A stretch of 64,000 nucleotides of DNA from Erythrobacter sp. (GTDB lineage Bacteria; Pseudomonadota; Alphaproteobacteria; Sphingomonadales; Sphingomonadaceae), in contig CP121323.1 in the NCBI GenBank assembly GCA_043567175.1, positions 1,382,813-1,446,812 of the forward strand, given 5' to 3'. The notes under the pieces were generated by a model, which searched no databases, had not been told where the DNA came from, and saw only the letters and a program-made list of their open reading frames with translations. A program made the translations under genes and the position numbers. Below are positions 55,911 through 64,000 of this stretch, in pieces; positions within the stretch are counted from its first letter, which is position 1; every line of letters begins with the position of its first letter.

Positions 55911-57677
55911 ATGGCCGTGAAGAACATGTCATACGGCGAGAGAGTGTCGCTTCCGGATTTTTTCCGGACGTTTTTCAACATCCTGCGCCCGGAAGGCAAC
56001 TTTTACTGGCTCGCGCTGATCTATGGCGTGGGCATCAGCCTGCTCAGCCTCGCAACGCCGATTTCGGTCCAGATGCTGATCAACACGGTCGCAAATACCG
56101 CGATGGCGACGCCGCTGGTCGTGCTGACCTTGACGCTGTTCGGCCTGCTGATGATGTTTGCACTGCTTTACGCCTTGCGAATTCACCTCATGGAAATGTT
56201 TTCGCGACGTTTTTACGCGCGCATGGTAGCTGAAATCTCGCTCCTTTCGGTCTACGCCAAAAATCCCTTCTTCGGTGATGCGCGCAAAAGTTCACTGTTC
56301 AACCGCTATTTCGACGTCATCAATGTCGAAAAGGCGATCCCGATCCTGTTCGTTGGCGGTTTCACCGTTGTTCTCCAGGTATTTACGGGGTTCATTCTCG
56401 TTTCGCTCTACCACCCCTATTTCCTGCTCTTCACGCTGATCATGACAGCCGCGATATGGCTGATATGGGCGGTCTGGGGCGCGCGCGCGGTGCGCTCGGG
56501 AATTGACCTCAGCCATGCCAAGCACGGCACCGCCGCCTGGCTTGAAACGGTGGGCGAGAGCAACGGCTTCTTCAAATCGCAGCGCCGGATCGATTACGCC
56601 TTCAAGCAAAGCAACGCGCATACCGACAATTACATCACGGAACGCAAGAAGCACTTCCGCAACCATTTCGGCCAGACCATCGCTTTCCTCACGCTCTACG
56701 CGGCGGCGAGCGCGGCGCTTCTGGGTCTGGGTGGCTGGCTGGTCATCACCAACCAGTTGACGCTTGGACAGCTGGTTGCGGCCGAGCTGGTCCTGTCCAC
56801 CGCTTTCTTCGGAGTTGCGCAGCTGGGCACCTACCTCACCTATTTCTACGACCTTTGCGCAGCGATCGAGGAGATCTCGCTGTTTTACGATGTCGAACAG
56901 GAAGAGCCCGCCGGCGATGATCCCATCAATGTCAGCGAGCATACACTCGTGCTCAGCGGGGTGCGCGGCCGCGCGCGCCACGAAGATGCCGAGTTCAACC
57001 TCGAAATCCCGAGCGGCGCGATCGTCATGGCATCGGCCAGCCATCACGGCGTGCAGAGATTGTTCACCAATATTCTCAAGATGCACCAATTGCCTGAGGG
57101 CGGCTTTGCTTCCCTGGGCGGTGTCGATTTCAACGAAATCGAAGCGCATAACCTGCGCAAGGACGTCCATGTGCTCGACCGGGCGAGCTTCGTGGGCATG
57201 ACCGTGCGCGAATATCTTGGCCTTTCGTGCAAGCAGACCGCCCCGCAGCGCATGATTGGCGCGCTTGAGACGGTCGGCCTGATCGAGACAATCTCGACCC
57301 TCGAAAAGGGCCTCGACACGCCGATCGCCGCCACCGGCTGGCCGCTGTCCTCGGTGGAATTGCAGCAATTGAAGCTTGCCAATGCCCTGCTGGAGCGGCC
57401 TCGCATCCTGGTGCTCAGCAAGCTGTTCGACCTGCTCGACGAGGACAATCTGTCCGCCGCAGTCAACGAATTGCGCGAACAGGCCTATTCGACGGTGATC
57501 TATTTCTCGAACCGCCGGATCGATCTTGGCTTTGACCGCTTCCTCCACATGGAAGCCAAAAAGCAGGGCTATTATGACAATTTCGACGATTTCTGCCTCG
57601 CAGTGAACAGCAAGCCGCCGCGCATGCCGGGCGGCCCGCGCGCGCTTTCGTCCAACCTTCTTGGAGCGGCGGAATAG
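55911..57677 (+). CDS. Type I secretion-like ABC transporter (TMD plus degenerate NBD)
   Basis: Six-TM domain with QLTLGQLVAAEL. The NBD region has no recognisable Walker A, Walker B or H-loop. Confidence 0.82.
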   Translation: MAVKNMSYGERVSLPDFFRTFFNILRPEGNFYWLALIYGVGISLLSLATPISVQMLINTVANTAMATPLVVLTLTLFGLLMMFALLYALRIHLMEMFSRRFYARMVAEISLLSVYAKNPFFGDARKSSLFNRYFDVINVEKAIPILFVGGFTVVLQVFTGFILVSLYHPYFLLFTLIMTAAIWLIWAVWGARAVRSGIDLSHAKHGTAAWLETVGESNGFFKSQRRIDYAFKQSNAHTDNYITERKKHFRNHFGQTIAFLTLYAAASAALLGLGGWLVITNQLTLGQLVAAELVLSTAFFGVAQLGTYLTYFYDLCAAIEEISLFYDVEQEEPAGDDPINVSEHTLVLSGVRGRARHEDAEFNLEIPSGAIVMASASHHGVQRLFTNILKMHQLPEGGFASLGGVDFNEIEAHNLRKDVHVLDRASFVGMTVREYLGLSCKQTAPQRMIGALETVGLIETISTLEKGLDTPIAATGWPLSSVELQQLKLANALLERPRILVLSKLFDLLDEDNLSAAVNELREQAYSTVIYFSNRRIDLGFDRFLHMEAKKQGYYDNFDDFCLAVNSKPPRMPGGPRALSSNLLGAAE

Positions 57678-57679
57678 AC

Positions 57680-58750
57680 ATGGCAGCGATCGAACAGGAC
57701 ATGGCGCACTTCACGGCGCTTCAGGACGTGAAGCTGCCGCGGATCTTTCGCACCACCTTCCTCCTGCTGCTGGTCTCTCTGGTCGCGACCGCAGCATTCC
57801 TCATTTACGTGCCCTGGGTGCAGAATGTCGGCGGGCGCGGGGTCATCACCACGCTCAACCCGAACGAGCGCCAGCAGGACATCAACGCTCTTGTCTCCGG
57901 CCGGATCGAGGAATGGTATGTGCGCGATGGCAGCCAGGTGAGCAAAGGCGATCCGATTGCGCGCATCGCCGATATCGACCCGCAACTGATCGAGCGGCTC
58001 GAAGCCGAGCGCGCTCAGGTCGAAGTGCAATTGCAGGCCGCCAAGAGCGCGCAGGCCACCGCCGAGATCGATCTTCGCCGGATGCAGGAACTGTTCCAGT
58101 CCGGTCTCGTCGCGCGGCGCGATTACGAACAGGCGATGATCCGTGTTGACCAGATGCGCGGCAGCGTGGCCGAAGCCGAAGCCAACCTCGCGCGCACGAA
58201 TACGAACCTGTCGCGCCAGTCCAACCAGCTGGTGACTGCCCCGCGCGACGGCTTCATCCAGTCCATCAATGGCGGCGATGCGGCGACCTTCATCAATGCC
58301 GGAGACGTGCTGGCGACCTTTGTGCCGCAAAACTCCGAACGCGTGCTCGAAGTGTTTCTCGACGGCCGCGATGTCGGCCTCGTCTATACAGGCGCACCGG
58401 CGCGCATCCAGTTCGAAGGCTGGCCGGCGGTGCAGTTTAGCGGCTGGCCCTCGGTCGCTGTCGGCACCTTCCCGGGCGAGGTCATCGCGGTAGACCAGTC
58501 GGCGCAGATCAACGGCCAGTTCCGGGTCCTCATCAAGGAACGGATCGTCGAAGGCGACGAGCGTTGGCCAGAGGAACGCTTCGTGCGCTTCGGCGCCGCG
58601 GGGCAGGCTTTTGTCCTGCTTGAAACCGTGCCGGTCGGCTACGAGATCTGGCGCCAGCTCAACAACTTCCCGCCCGAACTTCCCGCCGCAGCGGCCGCCG
58701 CCTCTGCCAGCGCTTCAGCGGCGAGCCCCGCAAGCCAGCAAGGCGGCTGA
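57680..58750 (+). CDS. HlyD-family membrane fusion protein
   Basis: N-terminal TM, PWVQ...G.G, VSGRIEEWYVRDG..V.KGD, a coiled coil, and QFEGWPAVQFSGWP. Confidence 0.9.
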   Translation: MAAIEQDMAHFTALQDVKLPRIFRTTFLLLLVSLVATAAFLIYVPWVQNVGGRGVITTLNPNERQQDINALVSGRIEEWYVRDGSQVSKGDPIARIADIDPQLIERLEAERAQVEVQLQAAKSAQATAEIDLRRMQELFQSGLVARRDYEQAMIRVDQMRGSVAEAEANLARTNTNLSRQSNQLVTAPRDGFIQSINGGDAATFINAGDVLATFVPQNSERVLEVFLDGRDVGLVYTGAPARIQFEGWPAVQFSGWPSVAVGTFPGEVIAVDQSAQINGQFRVLIKERIVEGDERWPEERFVRFGAAGQAFVLLETVPVGYEIWRQLNNFPPELPAAAAAASASASAASPASQQGG

Positions 58751-58753
58751 TCG

Positions 58754-60268
58754 ATGGTCCTGCCCGCCAAGAGAGGCGCCTCTCCCAGCTTTTGGGGCCT
58801 GGGCTGGCTGGCGCTGATCGCGCTTTCGCTGGCCGGGACGGCGACCCTGTGCGCGCCCGTTCACGCGCAGAATATCGAGCCCAATGAAGAGCCGCTGGCG
58901 CAAGCCCTGCGCAACGGGCCGCTGCTCCCCGAGGAAGTGCTGCGCTCGTCTGCGCTTACCTTCCCGCGCATTCTCGAGGCGTTCGAACGCGAAGCCGCCG
59001 CGCGTGCCGACCAACTGGCCGCCGATGGCGCCTTCGACCTGATGCTCGATGCCGAGTATTATGACCGTTACACTGGCACCTTTTCGGGCGGGTTCGCACA
59101 AGGCAAGGCAACCCAGCCGATCGCGCCGTTCGGCGGTGAAGTCTTTGCCAGCTACCGCCTCTCGGATGGGCGCTTTCCGATTTACGAGAATATCTACAAC
59201 ACCAACGAATTGGGCGAATTCAAGGTCGGCGCGCTGTTTTCGCTGCTGCGCAACCGGCGCATCGATGAACGCCGCTTCAGCGTCGAAGATGCGCGGCTGG
59301 CCGCAAGCCAGGCCCGGCTTGATGTGCTGCTGGTGCAGCTCAACGTGCAGTTCGAGGCGCTGCGGAAATACTGGACATGGGTCGCAGCGGGCAACGAAAT
59401 CCGGGTCTATGAAGACCTGCTCGAAATCGCCGAAGCGCGCGCGGTGGGCCTTGCGCGACAGGTCGAGGCGGGCGCGCAGCCCGGCATTGCGCTCACCGAA
59501 AACGAACAGAACCTCATCCGCCGCCGCAGCCTGCTCGAAGAAGCCAAGCGCGGCTTCATCACGGCCGCCAACAGCCTGTCATTCTATCTGCGCGACGAGA
59601 GCGGCACATTGATCGTGCCGTCGCGCGAACAACTGCCGGACGAGCAAACGCTCAGCGAATTGCCCGATGTCCAGACGCTGATGGCGATGGCGCGCAGCGA
59701 TATCCTCGACCAACGCCCCGAATTGCGCAATTTCCGCATCCAGCTCGAACGCGCGCGCAACCGGGTAGAGCTGAAGCGCAACGACCTGCAACCCAATCTC
59801 GATTTCAGCGTTGAGCTGAGCCGCGATTTCGGGCCTATCGGCGATGGCGGATCGACTTTCGATTCGACCGATACGGTGGTCGGCCTCACCTTTTCTGTAC
59901 CGCTGCAACGCCGCATGGCCCGCGGAGCGGTGGACCGCGCCGAGGCTGAATTGCGCGAAATCGAGCTGCGCAAGGAACGCACCGCCGATCAGATCCGGGT
60001 CGAGCTCGACAATATTCTCGCCAATCTCAACGCAGCGCTGCGGCTGGCCGATCTCGCCGATGACGAAGTGGAGCAGGCGACCACGATGGTGACCGCCGAG
60101 CGCAAGCGTTTTCGCCTTGGCGCGGGCGATTTCTTCCTCGTCAACCTGCGCGAGGAACGCGCTGCGGATGCACAGGTCCGCTCGATCCGCGCCGAACTCA
60201 ACGGCCGGCTAGCCACCGCGAGCTATTCCGCCGCAACGATGAACCTCACCGAACTCGGCCTGGAATAA
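58754..60268 (+). CDS. TolC-family outer membrane efflux protein
   Basis: Signal peptide, AADGAFD, P.LDF.V, VGL.FSVPL and ERKRF.LG. Confidence 0.88.
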   Translation: MVLPAKRGASPSFWGLGWLALIALSLAGTATLCAPVHAQNIEPNEEPLAQALRNGPLLPEEVLRSSALTFPRILEAFEREAAARADQLAADGAFDLMLDAEYYDRYTGTFSGGFAQGKATQPIAPFGGEVFASYRLSDGRFPIYENIYNTNELGEFKVGALFSLLRNRRIDERRFSVEDARLAASQARLDVLLVQLNVQFEALRKYWTWVAAGNEIRVYEDLLEIAEARAVGLARQVEAGAQPGIALTENEQNLIRRRSLLEEAKRGFITAANSLSFYLRDESGTLIVPSREQLPDEQTLSELPDVQTLMAMARSDILDQRPELRNFRIQLERARNRVELKRNDLQPNLDFSVELSRDFGPIGDGGSTFDSTDTVVGLTFSVPLQRRMARGAVDRAEAELREIELRKERTADQIRVELDNILANLNAALRLADLADDEVEQATTMVTAERKRFRLGAGDFFLVNLREERAADAQVRSIRAELNGRLATASYSAATMNLTELGLE

Positions 60269-60380
60269 GCACGATGTGTGGACGGCCCTGATACCGGCCG
60301 GCTGCCATGAAAGCCCGGACGGGCCTTGCGCCAAAAGTCGCAGGCGCATCGCGCGCACGCTTGCGCTATAGGCAAAGTCG

Positions 60381-62258
60381 ATGGCCAGCGAGATCAGCGA
60401 GATTGCCCGGTTCCTGAGGGCCACGGCGCCCTTCGACACGCTTTGCGATGAGGTGGTCGCATCGCTCAGCCGTATGGTCGAGGTGAGCTATCGCAAGACG
60501 GGCGAAATCATCATCGAGGCCGGCAAGCGCAATGATAACCTGTTCATCGTGCGCTCGGGCGCGGTCGAGCTTAAACTGGCGGGCGAGGAACTGAGCGCAC
60601 GGCTCGAACCGGGCGCTTGCTTTGCCTATCCCTCGCTGCTGCGCGGCGGCGAGGTGCGCAACACAACGAGCGCAATCGAGGACACGCTTCTTTACAGCAT
60701 CCCCGCCGAACGCTTCCACCACTTGCGCGAAAGCCATGAGGATTTCGCCGCATTCTTCGCCAATGACGAGGCCACTCGGCTCGCCCATGCCCTGAAACAA
60801 CGGCGCGAGGGAAGCGGCTTTTCTCTGGACGACCGACCGATCGGAGAGTTGATCGCGCGCTCTGCGCCAGTGACCTGCTCCTCGCTCACTACCATCGCAC
60901 AAGCGGTGCAACTGATGCACGAGCACGATGTTTCGACGCTTGCGATCTGCGATGGCGGCGCGCTCACCGGCATCTTCACCGACAAAGATTTGCGCAACCG
61001 GGTCGTGGCCACCGGCATGGCACTGAGCGAACCCATCAGCGGCGTGATGACCAGGGGACCGCGCTCGCTCGGGCATCACGCAACAATTGCCGAGGCGATG
61101 GCGATGATGGCGAGCGGGGGCTTTCGCCACCTGCCGGTGATCGACGAGGCCGGCGAGATGCGCGGGATCCTGTCAGCCACGGATATCCTCTCGGCGATCG
61201 GCAGCAATGCGATCGATGCCGGCATGATGATCGCCAAGGCGAAGAGCGAGGACGAGCTGGTCGCGGCTGCACGCCGCATCCCCGAAAGCTTTGCCGCCAT
61301 GGTCGATAGCGGTGTGCATGCGGGCCACGCGATGCGCTTCGCCTCGGCGCTGGGCGAGGCGTGCCACCGCCGCGCCGCAGCGCTCACCGAGGCTGAACTC
61401 GGCCCTCCCCCGCGCGCCTATGCGCTGGTCGTCTTCGGATCGCTCGCGCGCGAGGAACAGCTGATCGGTTCGGACCAGGATAACGGCCTCATCATCGCGG
61501 ACGAAGAGGGCGAATCCCGCGTGCCCGAGGCAATCAGCGACTATTTCGCAAAACTTGGCACACGGGTCTCGGACATCCTGAATGCTTGCGGCTTCGTCTA
61601 TTGCAAGGGCGGGATCATGGCGAAGAACGCCGAGCAACGCCTGACGCTGCAAGGGTGGCGCGCGCGCTATGAAAGCTGGGTCGCCCAGCCCGACGAGGAC
61701 CGGGTGATGCGCGCCACCATATTCTTCGACATGCGCACCGTGCACGGCGACCGCAGTCTCACCCGCGCCCTGCGCGGCGATGTCGTGGCGCGGGCAGCGC
61801 GCGACCCGCTGTTCATCAGCTTTCTTGCCCGGGATGCCATGCGCACCAAGGTACCGCTGGGCATCTTTCGCAATCTCGTGCTCGACAAGGGCGCGGACGG
61901 GCAAAAGGTCTTCAACGCCAAGGCGCAGGCAATCATGCCGATCATCGACATTGCCCGCACACAGGCTCTGGCAGCGGGGATCGAGGACGTGAATACCATC
62001 GCCCGGCTGCGGGCGCTCGCCAAGGCCGGTCGGATGAACGCCGACGATGCGCGCAGCCTTGAAGACGCGCTGCTGTTTGTCAACGAACTGCGTATCAGCC
62101 ACCAGGCCCGCCAGGTCGCCCGCGGCGAGAGGCCCGACAATGCCATCGCGCCCTACGACCTCTCTTCGCTCGAACGCGATTATCTCAAGGACGCCTTTGT
62201 CGTCATCCGCGACGCTCTGGATGCGCTGCGACGCAACTTTGCCGGCGGGATCGCGTGA
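60381..62258 (+). CDS. cNMP-binding + CBS pair + DUF294 nucleotidyltransferase protein
   Basis: PFD.L cNMP domain, GIFTDKDLRNRV, RHLPV, and the NTase motif GSLAREEQ...SDQDNG plus CKGGIMA.N and FFDMR. Confidence 0.9.
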   Translation: MASEISEIARFLRATAPFDTLCDEVVASLSRMVEVSYRKTGEIIIEAGKRNDNLFIVRSGAVELKLAGEELSARLEPGACFAYPSLLRGGEVRNTTSAIEDTLLYSIPAERFHHLRESHEDFAAFFANDEATRLAHALKQRREGSGFSLDDRPIGELIARSAPVTCSSLTTIAQAVQLMHEHDVSTLAICDGGALTGIFTDKDLRNRVVATGMALSEPISGVMTRGPRSLGHHATIAEAMAMMASGGFRHLPVIDEAGEMRGILSATDILSAIGSNAIDAGMMIAKAKSEDELVAAARRIPESFAAMVDSGVHAGHAMRFASALGEACHRRAAALTEAELGPPPRAYALVVFGSLAREEQLIGSDQDNGLIIADEEGESRVPEAISDYFAKLGTRVSDILNACGFVYCKGGIMAKNAEQRLTLQGWRARYESWVAQPDEDRVMRATIFFDMRTVHGDRSLTRALRGDVVARAARDPLFISFLARDAMRTKVPLGIFRNLVLDKGADGQKVFNAKAQAIMPIIDIARTQALAAGIEDVNTIARLRALAKAGRMNADDARSLEDALLFVNELRISHQARQVARGERPDNAIAPYDLSSLERDYLKDAFVVIRDALDALRRNFAGGIA

Positions 62259-62265
62259 GGCGGCG

Positions 62266-62937
62266 ATGAGCCTTGTCAGCCGCTGGCGGGACGAACGCGC
62301 TCTCAAGGCGCTCGCCCAATCGGGCTTTCCCAGGCTTCGCGCCTATGGCCGCTGCAGCTGGCCCGATCGGCAAATGCCAGCACGCGAGGCGCCTTATCTG
62401 GCGCTTGATTTCGAGCTTGATGGCCTGAGCCGCGGCGCGCACCTGCTGCAGGCGGGCTGGACGCCTTTCGAGGGCACGCGCCTGCGGCTCGATGAAGCGC
62501 AGTCGCTCGACATCCGCAGCTATAACGAACTCGACCGCATAGCGGTCACCGTGCACGGGATCGGCGAGGAGCGCGCCGCAAAGGGCCAGCCGATCCTCGA
62601 GGTTATCCGCAGCCTTCTCGATGCGCTGAGCGGGCGGATCATGGTCGCCCACGCCGCCGCAATCGAGCAGCGCGCACTGGCCGACACCGTCTATGCGCTT
62701 GCACAATTGCGATTGCCGGTGCGCGCGGTGTGCACGCTCATGCTGGAGCGGCGGCTCAACCCCAATCTCGTGGGCGCCGAAGCCTATCGCCTGGCCAATA
62801 CCAGGGCGCGCTACGGCTTACCCGAATACCAGCCGCACGATGCGCTGACTGATGCGATCGCGGCAGCGGAGCTCTTCCAGGCGCAGCTCTCGCGCATGCC
62901 TGAGAGCGTGACGCTTGCAGATATCGAAACGGGCTAA
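62266..62937 (+). CDS. DEDDh 3'-5' exonuclease domain protein
   Basis: ALDFE (ExoI), VAHAAAIE (ExoII variant) and HDALTDA (ExoIII). Confidence 0.85.
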   Translation: MSLVSRWRDERALKALAQSGFPRLRAYGRCSWPDRQMPAREAPYLALDFELDGLSRGAHLLQAGWTPFEGTRLRLDEAQSLDIRSYNELDRIAVTVHGIGEERAAKGQPILEVIRSLLDALSGRIMVAHAAAIEQRALADTVYALAQLRLPVRAVCTLMLERRLNPNLVGAEAYRLANTRARYGLPEYQPHDALTDAIAAAELFQAQLSRMPESVTLADIETG

Positions 62938-63058
62938 GACTAAAGTCGCTCTCGCATGGGCCGGCCCCTTTCCATAGCCTTCAGGCCAAGATCCCGGAGA
63001 GTCCCGCCTTGCATCCCAAGGCCTCTTTGCGATCCGTGAACCTTCAAGGGAGAGGGAC

Positions 63059-63400
<342 letters not shown>

Positions 63401-63411
63401 GGGGCTGAGAC

Positions 63412-64000
63412 ATGGATACGCAAACTCTCATATACCTGTTCGTCGGCGCCACCTTCGCGCTCTATATCGGTATCGCGATATGGACGCGGGCAGGCTCGAC
63501 AAAGGAATTCTACGTCGCTGGCGGAGGTGTAAATCCGGTTGTCAACGGCATGGCAACCGCAGCCGACTGGATGAGCGCTGCCAGCTTCATCTCGATGGCC
63601 GGCCTCATCGCGTTCATGGGCTATGATGCCAGCGTCTACCTGATGGGGTGGACGGGCGGTTATGTGCTGCTCGCGCTGCTGCTGGCGCCTTACCTCAGGA
63701 AATTCGGCCAGTTCACTGTCCCTGATTTCATCGGCACGCGCTATTATTCCAAGGTTGCGCGCGTGGTGGCGGTGATCTGCCTGATCTTCATCAGCTTCAC
63801 CTACATCGCAGGCCAGATGCGTGGCGTCGGGATCGTGTTCTCGCGCTTCCTCGATGTCTCGATATTCTGGGGCGTGATCATCGGCATGGGCATAGTGTTT
63901 GTCTATGCGGTCCTGGGCGGGATGAAGGGCATCACCTACATGATGTGTTCTGCATTACGCTGGCGCTTATGGTTGGCACTGCGGGGCTGCCGCACGTGAT
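63412..64000 (+). pseudogene. ActP-like sodium:solute symporter, 3'-partial, with an out-of-frame internal deletion
   Basis: [26 protein letters not shown] and GGMKGITY are present. From 63942 a different frame reads [19 protein letters not shown], a motif that normally lies tens of residues further downstream. Confidence 0.75.

Overview
High-GC alphaproteobacterial DNA dominated by a near-complete photosynthesis gene cluster (PGC, about 7.5-48.5 kb) of an aerobic anoxygenic phototroph. Gene order and the PufB/PufL/PuhA sequences suggest Erythrobacteraceae (inference). The order is bchIDO-small ORF-[truncated P450, SAM methyltransferase]-crtCD/crtF-bchCXYZ-pufBALM-(hyp, tspO, bchP, pucC-like, bchG)-ppsR-ppaA-bchFNBHLM-lhaA-puhABC-bciE-acsF-puhE-hemA-cytochrome c2, with several PpsR operators. 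No pufQ, pufC, pufX, pucBA, bchE, bchJ or crtEBI is seen in the window. The left flank holds an OmpA-domain gene, a secreted hypothetical protein, fpr, a GIY-YIG nuclease bracketed by inverted CGTC-tagged palindromes, and a split Fe3+ ABC transporter with a Fur-like box. The right flank holds a lipid-anchored pseudoazurin, a DUF1499 gene, a YnjF/NupC/DedA-flavoprotein/SelD-N-like cluster, an ABC-HlyD-TolC operon whose ATPase motifs are all degenerate, and a cNMP-CBS-nucleotidyltransferase/exonuclease/ActP-like cluster. The strongest signal is an out-of-frame deletion that removes roughly the C-terminal 40% of bchN and the start of bchB, so the dark protochlorophyllide reductase looks broken in an otherwise intact PGC. 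A second out-of-frame deletion lies in the last gene, and the P450 lacks its N-terminus. Assembly artefact must be excluded for all three lesions. No database searches were run; family calls come from motif recognition.
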